A stretch of 64,000 nucleotides of DNA, taken from contig CAVPSB010000049.1 in assembly GCA_963708025.1 (NCBI GenBank), positions 32,001 through 96,000 on the forward strand, written 5' to 3'. The first letter of the stretch is position 1, and each line of letters starts with the position of its first letter. The notes beneath the pieces are model-generated. The model saw only the letters and a list, made by a program, of their open reading frames with translations, was not told where the DNA came from and ran no database searches. Positions 1-10,300 of this stretch are shown here, one piece after another. The position numbers and the translations under genes are program-made. Source of the DNA: an uncultured Candidatus Rokubacteria bacterium. Lineage in GTDB: Bacteria; Methylomirabilota; Methylomirabilia; Rokubacteriales; DASRDR01.

Positions 1-40
1 CAGAGAGGGATGTTCTCGCTAAACCCCATAGACAATGGTG

Positions 41-69
41 ACTATAGTCTGCAGCGCCGATGCTGTCAA
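41..69 (-). promoter_or_regulatory. sigma70-like promoter for a gene left of the window
   Basis: Minus strand TTGACA-N17-TATAGT; imperfect inverted repeat ATAGACA-N4-TGACTAT overlaps the -10. Confidence 0.5.
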
Positions 70-1298
70 CCGTGATGGGATGTTGCGGTCGCCTCGCTGC
101 GAAGCAAGATCACCTCGACAGGCTGGCCGGGCTCGAGCCGGGTGTCGGGAGGAACGACCGCCAGGCCGTCCGCCAGGAGCATGGACCGGAGGATCCCGGA
201 CCCTTGCTCTCCGGTCGAGCGGGCGACGAGCCGGCCACCCTCTTGAGCGAGGCGCACCCGGAGGTACCCCTGGCGGATCCCCGGGTTGTCGAGGACATCG
301 GCCATCCACGCCGTCGCCCGCGGGCGGAAGAGGCGGGGATCGCCGGCCATCCGGCGCAGCGCGGGGCGGACGAACAGCTCGAAGGTCACCATCGAGGAGA
401 CGGGGTTCCCGGGCAGGCCGAAGAACGGACGCCCGTTGAGCCGGCCGAAGGTCAGGGGCTTGCCGGGCCGCATCGAGACCTTCCAGAAATCCAGCTCGGC
501 TCCGAGCTTCTCCATGACCTCTCGCACGAAGTCCCGGTCGCCGACCGACACCCCGGCCGAGGAGACGAGCATGTCGGCCGGGAGTCCCCACCGGACGTGC
601 GCCTCGAGGTCCTCCCGCGAGTCGCGCGCGATCCCGAGGTTGACCGGGATGCCGCCCGCCTCCCGCACCTGGGCGGCCATCGTGTAGGTGTTCGAGTTCG
701 GGATCTGGCCCGGCCCGGGCGCGGTGTCGAGGTCGACGAGCTCGTCCCCGGTGGAGAGGATCGCCACCCGCGGCCGCTGGTGGACGCGGACGAGCGGCCG
801 GCCCAGCGCCGCCAGGACCCCCAGGGCCGCCGGTGTCAACACCGTCCCGGGCGCCAGTACCGATTCCCCCGTGCGGATGTCCTCGCCGCGTGGGCGCACG
901 AAGTGACCGGCCGGCACGGCCCGGGGAACGACGACCACGGCCCCGTCCCGCCCAACCTCCTCCTGCGGGATCACGGCGTCGGCGCCGGGCGGCATCGGGG
1001 CGCCGGTCAGGATCCGGTAGGCGTCCCCGGTGGAAACCGCACGCTCGGCCACCGCGCCGGCCGGGATCTCCCCGAGGAGGCGCAGCCGGGCGGGCCGCTC
1101 GGCGGTGGCGGCCGCCGTATCGGCGGCGCGGAGAGCGTAGCCGTCCATCGACGAATTGTCCCAGGGCGGGAGATCCCGGGTGGCGAGGACGCCCTCCGCG
1201 AGAACGCGGTGGAGAGCCGCGGGGAGCGGGACCGTCTCCGATCCGAGCACGGGGATGGCCGCTAGGACGCGAGCCAGGGCTTCTTCGACGGAGAGCAT
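66..1298 (-). CDS. moeA: molybdopterin molybdenumtransferase (gephyrin-like)
   Basis: Motifs PPWDNSSMDGYA, RILTGAPMPPGADAV, STGDEL, MRPGKP, GLPGNPVSS. Confidence 0.95.
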   Translation of the reverse strand: MLSVEEALARVLAAIPVLGSETVPLPAALHRVLAEGVLATRDLPPWDNSSMDGYALRAADTAAATAERPARLRLLGEIPAGAVAERAVSTGDAYRILTGAPMPPGADAVIPQEEVGRDGAVVVVPRAVPAGHFVRPRGEDIRTGESVLAPGTVLTPAALGVLAALGRPLVRVHQRPRVAILSTGDELVDLDTAPGPGQIPNSNTYTMAAQVREAGGIPVNLGIARDSREDLEAHVRWGLPADMLVSSAGVSVGDRDFVREVMEKLGAELDFWKVSMRPGKPLTFGRLNGRPFFGLPGNPVSSMVTFELFVRPALRRMAGDPRLFRPRATAWMADVLDNPGIRQGYLRVRLAQEGGRLVARSTGEQGSGILRSMLLADGLAVVPPDTRLEPGQPVEVILLRSEATATSHHG

Positions 1299-1354
1299 CG
1301 GAAGCCCAGTCTACCGTCCCGGTCCCACCCGGGCAACCGACGGCCGAGGGGGGG

Positions 1355-2521
1355 TCAGCCTTCGATGCGGGAGACCAGACCCAGGCGCGGGACGAAGACG
1401 AGGAAGGAGAGCGCGAAGAGGGCGCCGAAGCCGGCGGTCACGAGGAGCCCGACGACGACCGACCCGAAGCCGACGTGCCCGACGCTCGCCGAGGGGAAGA
1501 CGAGCACGATGCGCTCGATGAAGATCGCCAGCAGGCTGAGGCAGCAGATCCCGATCAGCACCCGGTGGCTCTCCGGGGGGCGCCCGGTCAGTCGCCCCAG
1601 GAGGTACCCGAAGGGGATCAGCCAGCCGAGGAAGAAGGCGGTCCAGGCCAGCACCCGGTACGGGTCCTCGAAGAACCGGGCGATGACGAAGCGGGTCTCG
1701 ATCGGGACGTTGCCGTACCAGATCACCAGGTACTGCGACCAGAAGAAGTACATCCAGAAGATGGAGGTCGCGAAGACGAGCTTCGCCAGGTCCTGAACCT
1801 CCTTGGGCGGCATGATCCAGGTCGGCCGGCCCATGCTCCGGATCCCGACCAGCACCGTGAGGAAGGCGAACCCCGAGTAGAGCGCGGTGACCAGGATGTA
1901 CCCCCCGAACAGGCCGCTGAACCAGGTCGGATCGAGCGACATGATCAGGTCGTAGCCGAGGAGCGACAGGACGACGCCGTAGAGGATGAGCAGGATCACG
2001 GCCAGCCGCGCCCGCTCCCCGCGGCCCGGCTCCTCGGCGGGTCCGGCCGGGGAGGCGTGCACCGCCCGGGCGAACCGGATGCTGACCCAGTAGAGGGCAG
2101 CCACCTCGACCACCGTGCGCAGGATGAAGAAGGTCGGGTTGAGCCAGGCCGCCTTCTTGGGCAGGGGGTTGGTGACCCAGGGGTAGAGCACCGGTAGACC
2201 GGTCATCAGGACCAGGAACAGAAGGAAAGAGACGGGCATGAACGCGGCGGTGCTGGTGGCGATCCGGCGCAGGCGCGCCCCCCACCGTCCCTCGGTCACC
2301 TCGATCATCCCGGCCACCGCCGGCCCGGTGGCGGCCAGCCCGGACCAGAAGATCAGGTTCACGAGGAAGATCGCCCAGGTGCGCCGCCCAGCGCCCCCGG
2401 CGATCCCCAGCAGGAAGGCCAGCGCCCCGAGGCCGACCAGCCCGGCCAGCACGCCCACGATCGTCCGGGACGTTGCCGGGGTCCCGGGGGCGAGCGGAGC
2501 CGTCGGCGGGTTCGTCGCCAC
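1355..2521 (-). CDS. actF: alternative complex III membrane subunit (ActF-like, NrfD family)
   Basis: Polytopic membrane protein with DLIMSLDPTWFSGLFG and YFFWSQYLVIWYGNVPIE; last gene of the act cluster. Confidence 0.8.
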   Translation of the reverse strand: MATNPPTAPLAPGTPATSRTIVGVLAGLVGLGALAFLLGIAGGAGRRTWAIFLVNLIFWSGLAATGPAVAGMIEVTEGRWGARLRRIATSTAAFMPVSFLLFLVLMTGLPVLYPWVTNPLPKKAAWLNPTFFILRTVVEVAALYWVSIRFARAVHASPAGPAEEPGRGERARLAVILLILYGVVLSLLGYDLIMSLDPTWFSGLFGGYILVTALYSGFAFLTVLVGIRSMGRPTWIMPPKEVQDLAKLVFATSIFWMYFFWSQYLVIWYGNVPIETRFVIARFFEDPYRVLAWTAFFLGWLIPFGYLLGRLTGRPPESHRVLIGICCLSLLAIFIERIVLVFPSASVGHVGFGSVVVGLLVTAGFGALFALSFLVFVPRLGLVSRIEG

Positions 2522-2527
2522 GGAGGC

Positions 2528-3028
2528 CTACTTCTGCGCCAGCGTCCGGACGTAGTTGACGAGGTCCCAGCGCTCGCCGACCGAGAGCGCCTCGCCGTAG
2601 GCCGGCATGATGGCGCCCCCGTACCCGATGTAGTAGGCGATGTGACCGTCGGTGCGCCCCTGGATCTGCGGGCTGGTGAGGTCGGGCGGCGGGATGAAGC
2701 GCGGGGTCACCGGCCCGTCCCCCTTCCCGCCCGGCCCGTGGCAGGGCGTGCAGTAGATCCGGTAGAGCACCTCGCCCCGCGCCACCGAACCCCGGCCCGG
2801 TGGGACCGGGTTCTTGCGGCTCGCGTAGGCCGCCCGATCGATCAGCAGCTCGCCGCCGCTTCGCGGCACCGTGCCCGGCGGCGCCACGAACCGGGCCAGG
2901 TCGGCCTCGCCGGGGACGATCTTCACGTCCGCCTGCATGCTCGTGAGCCACCGGTACCCGACCAGGAGCCCCATGACGCCTCCGGCCCCGGCCACCAGCA
3001 GCAGGCAGAGCAGGAAGACCCACTTCAC
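2528..3028 (-). CDS. actE: monoheme cytochrome c (ActE-like)
   Basis: GTG start overlaps the actD stop; N-terminal TM segment, PPGTVPR, CTPCHG heme motif, distal Met in GAIMPAY. Confidence 0.85.
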   Translation of the reverse strand: MKWVFLLCLLLVAGAGGVMGLLVGYRWLTSMQADVKIVPGEADLARFVAPPGTVPRSGGELLIDRAAYASRKNPVPPGRGSVARGEVLYRIYCTPCHGPGGKGDGPVTPRFIPPPDLTSPQIQGRTDGHIAYYIGYGGAIMPAYGEALSVGERWDLVNYVRTLAQK

Positions 3029-3537
3029 GCCCGCACCTCCTCGGCGCCCGCGCGCCGGAGGATCTCTTCCACCGTCCGCACCTGGTCGGGCGGACAGACG
3101 ACCTCGACGCCGAACCGGTCGGCGGTGAAGCGGGGATCGTACCGTCCGGCACTCCCGAGGCTGGGCAGCCGGCTGGTGATCAGGAGGCCCAGCAGCGTGC
3201 ACAGGCCGCCGAAGAGGATCGTCAGCTCGAACGCGATCACGACGAACGGCGGGATGGAGACGACGGGCTTCCCCCCGACGATGAGCCCCCACTTGAGCGA
3301 CGACCAGATGGTCAGCCAGAAGCCGGTGGCGGTGCCGGTGAGCCCGCCGACCAGGGTGAACAGCCGCACCGGGCTCCGGGGGAGCCCGTGACCGGTCAGC
3401 GCCTCCTCGATCTCCTCCAGGGGCACCGGGCTGTAGGCGGAGATCGACGGAAAGCCCTTCGTCCGCAGCTCGCGGATCGCGTTGACACACGTGTCCACGT
3501 GGGCGAACACCCCGAGGACACCGGCCGCCGGCGCCAT
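3025..3537 (-). CDS. actD: ActD-like DUF3341 membrane protein
   Basis: AYSPVP, GLIVGGKP, PPFVVIAFELTILFG, YDPRFTADRF; position in the act operon. Confidence 0.85.
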   Translation of the reverse strand: MAPAAGVLGVFAHVDTCVNAIRELRTKGFPSISAYSPVPLEEIEEALTGHGLPRSPVRLFTLVGGLTGTATGFWLTIWSSLKWGLIVGGKPVVSIPPFVVIAFELTILFGGLCTLLGLLITSRLPSLGSAGRYDPRFTADRFGVEVVCPPDQVRTVEEILRRAGAEEVRA

Positions 3538-3551
3538 CAGTCGCCTCGACT

Positions 3552-3773
3552 TGGCCGGGCCGAGAACCGAGCAGCCCCCCAAGGCCGAAGGCCGTCCGAT
3601 CGACGCAGGGCGGCGCCCACCGCAGACGTACGCCCTGGTACGTCGAGGATGGGCGCCGCCCGAGGACGACCATAGGTCGGGACGGACGCCCCCAGGCCGG
3701 AGGCCGTCCTGATCGACGCAGGCCGAGCGCGTCCCGACCGAGATGAAGATCGCGAAGGTTATCGGCCCGGCCA
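3552..3773. repeat. intergenic repeat family A, MITE-like, copy 1
   Basis: 17-bp terminal inverted repeats with 1 mismatch (3552-3568 / 3757-3773); core AGGCCGAAGGCCGTCC...GACGCAGG...CGTAC...GTACG shared with other copies. Confidence 0.8.
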
Positions 3774-5147
3774 TCAGTGGTGGGCGTGACCATCCCGCAT
3801 CGGGTGCGGTATGGTCTCCTTCACCTCGACGATCGACACGGAGGGCAGGACCTTGATGAACGCCAGGAACAGGATGAAGAACCAGGCGAAGCTGCCGATG
3901 ATGATCATCGTGTCCACGGGCGTCGGCACATAGGTTCCGAAGGTGTACGGGTAGAAGCCGTGACCGAGACCGGGGACGATGATGTTGAAGCGCTCGAGCC
4001 ACATCCCGATCAGGACGAGGATCGACACCGCATACAGGGTCGGGACGTGGACCCGCGCCCACCGCCAGAACAGGATCAGCGGCACCACGCTGTTGCAGGC
4101 GATCTGGAGCCACCACCATGGCGCGTAGACCCCGACCCACTTGAACAGGTACGAGGCCCGCTCGGCCCGCTCCCCGCTGTACCAGGAGGTGAACCCCTCG
4201 CAGGCGTAGAAGTAGGTCAGGACGAGGCTGGTCACCAGGATCAGCTTCGCCATCATGTCGAGGTGGCGGTCGGTGATGTAGGGATGGAGATCGAAGAAGT
4301 ACCGCATGGGGATGAGCAGGACGAGCACCATGGCGAAGCCGGAGAAGATCGCCCCGTCCACGAAGAACGGGGCGAACAGGGTCGAGTGCCACCCCGGCAC
4401 GAGCGCCATGGCGAAGTCCCAGGACACCACGCTGTGGACCGAGAGGACGAGCGGCGTCGCCAGGGCCGCGAACAGGCCGTAGGCGCGCCGGTAGTGCCGC
4501 CACTGCCGGTCGCTCCCCCGCCAGCCGAGGGCCAGCACGGTGTAGATCCGCCGCTTGAGCCCGGTGGCCGCGTCCCGGAGGGCGGCGATGTCGGGGACCA
4601 GCCCCACGTAGAAGAAGACCGCGCTGATCGTGAAGTAGGTCGAGATCGCGAACACGTCCCAGAGCAGCGGGGACCGGAACGCCGGCCAGAGGTAGCGCTG
4701 GTTGGGATACGGGATCAGCCAGTAGGGCAGCCACATGCGGCCCAGGTGGATCATGGGGAACAGCCCGGCGGTCATGACGGCGAAGATCGTCATGGCCTCG
4801 GCGCCCCGGTAGATCGACGTCCGCCACTTCGCCCGGAACAGGTACAGGACCGCCGAGATCAGGGTCCCGGCGTGGCCGATACCGATCCAGAAGACGAAGG
4901 TGGTGATGTACATGGCCCACATCTGCGGGTTCCGCTTGCCGGCCATGCCCATGCCGTAGTAGATCTGCAGGATCCAGGCGAAGATCCCGCCGGCCAGCGT
5001 CACCGCCACGAACGACATCCAGCCGAAGTAGAGGTTGCCGGGGAACTCGAGCGTGCGGATGACGTCGCGGTTGACGTCGCCGAACGTGCGGCCGACGGTC
5101 ATCGAGGCCGACCGCGTGTCAACGGTCGGGACCGGCGGCGCGCTCAC
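3774..5147 (-). CDS. actC: NrfD/PsrC-family quinol-oxidising subunit ActC
   Basis: FVFWIGIGHAGTLISA, AEAMTIFA, FRSPLLWDVFAISTY, LVLSVHSVVSWDFA, WHSTLFAPFF; GTG at 5147 overlaps the restored actB stop. Confidence 0.9.
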   Translation of the reverse strand: MSAPPVPTVDTRSASMTVGRTFGDVNRDVIRTLEFPGNLYFGWMSFVAVTLAGGIFAWILQIYYGMGMAGKRNPQMWAMYITTFVFWIGIGHAGTLISAVLYLFRAKWRTSIYRGAEAMTIFAVMTAGLFPMIHLGRMWLPYWLIPYPNQRYLWPAFRSPLLWDVFAISTYFTISAVFFYVGLVPDIAALRDAATGLKRRIYTVLALGWRGSDRQWRHYRRAYGLFAALATPLVLSVHSVVSWDFAMALVPGWHSTLFAPFFVDGAIFSGFAMVLVLLIPMRYFFDLHPYITDRHLDMMAKLILVTSLVLTYFYACEGFTSWYSGERAERASYLFKWVGVYAPWWWLQIACNSVVPLILFWRWARVHVPTLYAVSILVLIGMWLERFNIIVPGLGHGFYPYTFGTYVPTPVDTMIIIGSFAWFFILFLAFIKVLPSVSIVEVKETIPHPMRDGHAHH

Positions 5148-8100
5148 GCGTGGGACTCCTTGACGACCTTCGGCAGGTACGTGATCGCCGGAGCGCGTGC
5201 CCAGCTCGCCCAGCACGTGATACCCCCGCGGCGAGGCCGACAGCTTCGAGACGCGGCTCCGGGGGTCCTTCAGGTCGCCGAAGACGATGGCCTGCGTCGG
5301 GCAGGTCTGCTGGCAGGCGGTCATGATCTCGCCGTCCCGCGGGCGGCGCCCCTCGTCCTTCGCGCGGTCCTTGCCGGCGATGACGCGCTGGACGCACATC
5401 GTGCACTTCTCCATGACGCCGCGGTCGCGGACGGTGACGTCGGGGTTGAGCGCCAGGGTCATGGGGGCCGGCCACTCGTAGCGATACCAGTTGAACCGCC
5501 GCACCATGTAGGGGCAGTTGTTCCCGCAGTACCGGGTCCCGACACACCGGTTGTAGACCTGGCCGTTCAGCCCCTCCTGGGTGTGGTAGGCGGCGAACAC
5601 GGGGCAGACCGGCTCGCACGGCGCGACCTCGCAGTGCTGGCATAGCATCGGCATGAACCGCGCCCGCGGCGGTCCGCCGGGCCGCGCCGCCGCGCCGTGG
5701 CCGGCGTCGGCCCCGTGGCCACGGTCCCACCATCGCTCGACCCGGAGCCAGTGGAGGCTCCGGCCGTAGCTCACCTGCCAGCGACCGACCGCCGCCACCC
5801 GGTTGGGACCCGAGGGGGGCATCGGCACGTCGGCGAGCCCGACGATCGGCACGTTGTTCTCCGCCACGCAGGCGACGACGCAGGCCTGGCAGCCGGTGCA
5901 GGCGTCGAGGTCGATGGTCATGCCCCAGCGGTGGTTGGGGTACTTGAGGTCGGGGTACATCGACGGGAGATTCGCGTGCTCGGGCGGCTTCCCGCCCTTC
6001 TCGGCCTCGATCGCCTCCTTGACGGAGACCGTCTCGATGATCTCCCGCTCGTGGTCGACCTCGGTCACCCCGGCCGGCGAGGCCAGCGCCTCCCGCCGCC
6101 CGGTCTTCTCGAGCGTCACGCGGACCGCGAGCCAGCGGGGCCCGCCCGAGGCCGGATCCGGCTCGCCGGGCAGGAGCCCGAGCGGACTCTGGCCGACCGC
6201 TCGCGCGAATCGTCCGTACTCGGAGTGGCCGAGGCCGAGCGGGATGGCGACCGCGCCGGGATGCAGGGTATCGGACACGTACACCGGCAGCTCGATCCGC
6301 CCGTGAGGCGACACGACGCGGACCACGTCGCCGCCGGCAAGGCCGAGCCGGCGTGCCGCCTCGGCGCCGACCTCGACCCAGGAGTCGTAGACCACCTGGG
6401 TGATGGGATCCGGTGTCTCGTGGAGCCACGGCTTGTTGGCGCTCCGCCCGTCGTAGTAGCGCGGCGAGGGCACGACCATGAGCGCCAGTCCCTCGCCGGG
6501 TCCGGCCAGGGCCTCCCGCGCACCTCCGAGGCGGAGGCCGGCGGTGAGCTGCACCTTCGCGGCCGGCACCTCGGTGAAGACGCCACCGCGACGGAGCGCC
6601 TCCTCCCAGAACTGATCGAACGCCCCCGCCGGGGCCGCGCTCTTCCCGATGCCCTGCCAGGCCTCCCGGAGGTGCTCGGCGAAGGTCTTGGCGCGGAACG
6701 GGCCCTTGTCGGAGCCGGGGACCAGGGCGCGCCCCGTGTCCAGGAGCAGGTCTCCGGTCGCCTTGGTCTCGACGCCCGGGAAGACGTGAGACGGGCGGTC
6801 CCCGACCAGATCGAGGACGTCCTGCCGCCGCTCCCCGACGACCGGGACCGGGCCCATCGCGGGCTGCATCAGACCCCAGACCCCCTCGCGGGGCGAGTAG
6901 TCGCCCCAGGACTCGAGCGGGGTGAGGTCGGGCAGGAGGAGGTGCGCCCGCGCCGCGGTCTCGTCCAGGTGGCTCGACAGGCTGACGACGAACGGCACCT
7001 TGGCCAGGGCCTCCGCGAAGCCGGCCCGGGGCGGCAGCGTGAACGCCGGGTTGGCGTCCTTCACGAGGAGGACGGCAATCTCGCCGCCCGCCATCGCCCG
7101 GGTCAGCTCGACGAGCTCCGCGTAGCGGCTGGTCCGGCCGAGCGCCGAGTTCGGGCCGAACCGGACCGTCTGGCCGACGTTCCCGAGGGCGTAGTTCAGC
7201 GTGTTGATCGCGACCAGCGCGTCCGTCGCCCCCGGCCCGGTGACGGCGACGCCGCCCCCGACGACGAGGCTCGGGGCGCCCTTGGCGAGCGTCTCGGCGA
7301 TGTGCTTCAGCCGGGCGACCGGGACGCCGCTCTCCTTCGCCGCCGCCTCCAGGTCGACGCCTCGGGCCAGGGTGGCCAGCGCTTCGGCCTCCTTGGGGGG
7401 GAGCGCCGGACCCAGCCGCTCCTCGAGGACGATGCGGAGGAGGGCCAGCGCGACGACACCCTCGCTGCCGGGCGTGTTCGCTACCCACTCGTCGGCGTTG
7501 CCGGCCGTCATCGAGTAGCGCGGCTCGACGTGGATGACGGTGCCGGTCCGCCCGTTCCGCAGCGCGTGCATCCGGTGGAAGCCCTCCGCATACGCCACCG
7601 GCGAGATCCAGGTCTCGAGGTAGTCGGCGCCGAGGGACAGGATCGCCCCCGCCGCCTCGAAGGCGTGGTGAGGGATCGCGTCCAGGCCGAAGACGGCGCG
7701 GTTGGCCGCGCGCTCCGCCTCGTGGGCGAACGGCTCGAACGCGATCCGCGGGCGGCCCCCGAGGGCCTTCAGCCAGTCGTCCATCAGGCGGCCGAGGGTG
7801 CCGCTCTCGAGCTGGCTGATCATCGCGATCCGCCCGGCACCGGCCTGCCGCGCGGCCCCGAGCTTCTCGACCAGGAGCTTCTCGGCATCGGCGACAGCGA
7901 TCGGCTTCCACCCACTTCCCTCCCGGAGTCGCGGGCGGGCGATCCGGTCCGGGTCGTAGGTGCCGAGGATCGAGGCCTGACCGCGCGCGCAGAGCGCGCC
8001 CCGGCCGACCGGGTGGTCCGGGTTGCCCTCGAGCTTCACGACGCGGCCGTCGCGGTTCCTGGCGAGCGCCCCGCATCCGGCCGGGCATTCCCGGCACACG

Positions 8101-8261
8101 GTGGCGAAGTAGGTGGCGACGCCGGGCACGAGGTGCGGGGGCGGGACCACGTACGGGAGGATCCGCTCCGGCGCCCGCGTGCACCCGGCGGCGGTCGCGG
8201 CGGCCGCCGCGCTCACCCCGACGATCCGGAAGAAGCCCCGGCGATCGAGCCCGTCACTCAT
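5144..8261 (-). CDS. actB: ActB-like molybdopterin-oxidoreductase-fold plus Fe-S subunit (one apparent +1 indel at ~5192)
   Basis: Tat signal DRRGFF; CRECPAGC...LEGNPDHP...LCARGQ; C-terminal Fe-S motifs CTGCQAC, CQHCEVAPCEPVCP, CVGTRYCGNNCP, MEKCTMC; removing one base gives the end TRPAITYLPKVVKESHA*. Confidence 0.88.
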
Positions 8262-8481
8262 CGGTGTCCCTCAGTGGCGTGCTTCGTCCCGGTGGGGAGG
8301 GAGGGTGGAACTCTCAGATGGAACGGCGAGGCCACCGCGATGGTGGCCAGGGTAGCCTGCCCGGCGAGCTGCCTCACGCGCACCCGCATCCGCTCCGTCC
8401 CCGACCCTCCATCGGCTTCCGGCGGCTCTGGAAATCCGCGGCCCGATCAGGCGCAGACCAGGTGGGCGAAAAACCGCACGG

Positions 8482-8510
8482 ATGATAACAGCGGCGTCGG
8501 AACGAGTCAA
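8482..8510 (-). promoter_or_regulatory. sigma70-like promoter of the act operon
   Basis: Minus strand TTGACT-N17-TATCAT with a TG extension. Confidence 0.55.
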
Positions 8511-8529
8511 CGAGTTTCTGGCGGACGGA

Positions 8530-9009
8530 TCAGCGGTCAACCGCCGCCGGCGCCGTCGCCAGCGGAATCTCGACGAAGTCCCCTCGCGCCGGCTCCCAGC
8601 TGAACGCCCGCGCCTCGCCGGCACGGCCGCCGCTCACGCCGACCACGACGTAGGTTGCGCCCGGGTACGTGGGCTGCCCGTCGACCAGCGCGTTCCGCCG
8701 GTCGGTCTCCGAGAAATAGGCCCCGACGTCGACGTGGGAGTGATAGATGACGTGAACGGCCCAGCCCCGCGACTCCAGCCGGCTGATCTCGATGAGGTCT
8801 TCGTGCGCCATGTAGTAGGCGGTCCGGGCGTCGCGGGGAAACCGGTCCGGGTCCCGGGCGCGCAAGGCGTCCTGGATGTTCCGGCAGGGGTGGAGCCGCC
8901 GCTCGGCCGCGCCGCCGGTCCTGACCAGCACCACGCCGCAGCACTCGGCCGGGTACTCCGCCTCCGCCTGCTTGCGGATGGCGGCCAGCTCCGCGTCGGC
9001 CAGGATCAC
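8530..9009 (-). CDS. mec: JAB/Mov34 (M67) metallopeptidase, Mec-like
   Basis: EAEYPAECCG and YHSHVDVGAYFSETD JAMM motif; adjacent to a sulfur carrier. Confidence 0.9.
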   Translation of the reverse strand: MILADAELAAIRKQAEAEYPAECCGVVLVRTGGAAERRLHPCRNIQDALRARDPDRFPRDARTAYYMAHEDLIEISRLESRGWAVHVIYHSHVDVGAYFSETDRRNALVDGQPTYPGATYVVVGVSGGRAGEARAFSWEPARGDFVEIPLATAPAAVDR

Positions 9010-9302
9010 GATCGCCCGATGGCAGGAGCGCCGCCGGCCAGGGCCGGGATGATCGACACCTCGTCCCCCGCCCCGAGCGCGGTGGCCTGCCCCTGGAGCC
9101 GGCTGATCTCGTCGCCGTTCACGTAGACGTTGACGTGGTGATGGACCTCGCCGGCGTCGTTGCGGACCAGCCCGCGGAGCCCCTCGAAGCGACGCTCCAG
9201 GGTGTCGAGCAGCTCCTTCACGTCGGACGCGTCGAGCTCGACGCGATCCTGGTTGCCGGTGGCCCGCCGGAACGGTGTCGGAATGTACACGCTGACCGCC
9301 AT
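9006..9302 (-). CDS. MoaD/ThiS/CysO-family sulfur carrier protein
   Basis: VYIPTPFR, NVYVNGDEI, SIIPALAGG followed by a 7-residue extension. Confidence 0.9.
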   Translation of the reverse strand: MAVSVYIPTPFRRATGNQDRVELDASDVKELLDTLERRFEGLRGLVRNDAGEVHHHVNVYVNGDEISRLQGQATALGAGDEVSIIPALAGGAPAIGRS

Positions 9303-9306
9303 GCCC

Positions 9307-10287
9307 CTACTCTCCTCCGAGGTTGACGCTCAGGTAGCGCTCGCCGGTGTCCGGGAGGACGGTGACCACCACGCGGTCCCGGCCCAGGCGCTCGGCCACC
9401 CCGACGGCCGCCCAGACGTTGGCCCCGGCCGACACCCCGACCAGGAGTCCCTCCTCGCGGGTCAGCCGGAGCGCGGTGGCCAGCGCGTCCTCGTCCCGGA
9501 CCGGCACGATCTCGTCCACCACCGCCCGGTTGAAGACCCCCGGCACGAACGAGGCGCCGATCCCCTGGATCGCGTGCACGCCGAACTTCCCTCCGGCGAG
9601 CACCGGCGAGCGGGCCGGCTCGACCGCGACGATCCGGACGCCGCCGACCTTCTCCCGGAGCACTTCGCCGACGCCGGTGATCGTGCCGCCGGTCCCCACA
9701 CCCGCGACGAACGCGTCGAGCCGTCCCCCGGTCGCCTCCAGGATCTCGAGGGCCGTGGTCCGGCGATGGACCTCGGGGTTCGCGGGATTCTGGAACTGCT
9801 GGGGCATGAAGTAGTCGGGATGGGCGCGGCACAGCTCCTGGGCGGCGTGAACGGCCCCCGTCATCCCCTCGATGGCCGGCGTCAGGTGGATCTCGGCGCC
9901 GAAGCGGGCCAGCAGGCGCCGGCGCTCCTCGCTCATGTCGTCCGGCATCGTGAGGATGAGGCGATACCCCTTGACCGCCGCCACCATCGCCAGGCCGATC
10001 CCGGTGTTGCCGCTGGTCGGCTCGACCACGGTCGCCCCCGGCTCGAGCAGGCCGCGCCGCTCGGCGTCCTCGATCATCGCCAGCGCGATGCGGTCCTTGA
10101 TGCTGCCGCCCGGGTTCGCCGCCTCCAGCTTGGCCAGCACCGTCGCGCCCCCCGGCTTCGGCAGCCGGCGGAGGCGCACCAGGGGGGTGGCGCCGACCAG
10201 GTCGAGGACGCTGTCGGCGATCCGCGGTCGCCCGCGCGGCGCCGCCGCCTTCGTGCCCCCCGTCTCGCGTGTCCCCACCGCTCGCAC
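9307..10287 (-). CDS. cysK: cysteine synthase A
   Basis: KLEAANPGGSIKDR (PLP Lys), EPTSGNTG, QQFQNPAN, GVGTGGT, HAIQGIG; start inferred after GAGGAAGG. Confidence 0.92.
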   Translation of the reverse strand: MRAVGTRETGGTKAAAPRGRPRIADSVLDLVGATPLVRLRRLPKPGGATVLAKLEAANPGGSIKDRIALAMIEDAERRGLLEPGATVVEPTSGNTGIGLAMVAAVKGYRLILTMPDDMSEERRRLLARFGAEIHLTPAIEGMTGAVHAAQELCRAHPDYFMPQQFQNPANPEVHRRTTALEILEATGGRLDAFVAGVGTGGTITGVGEVLREKVGGVRIVAVEPARSPVLAGGKFGVHAIQGIGASFVPGVFNRAVVDEIVPVRDEDALATALRLTREEGLLVGVSAGANVWAAVGVAERLGRDRVVVTVLPDTGERYLSVNLGGE

Positions 10288-10300
10288 CGCCTTCCTCAGT

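Noticed and set aside
3774-8261. 1495-aa ActB-ActC fusion in the ORF track
   Set aside because: Removing one base at ~5192 restores a typical ActB end (PAITYLPKV) and a GTGA overlap with actC, so this is most likely an indel error
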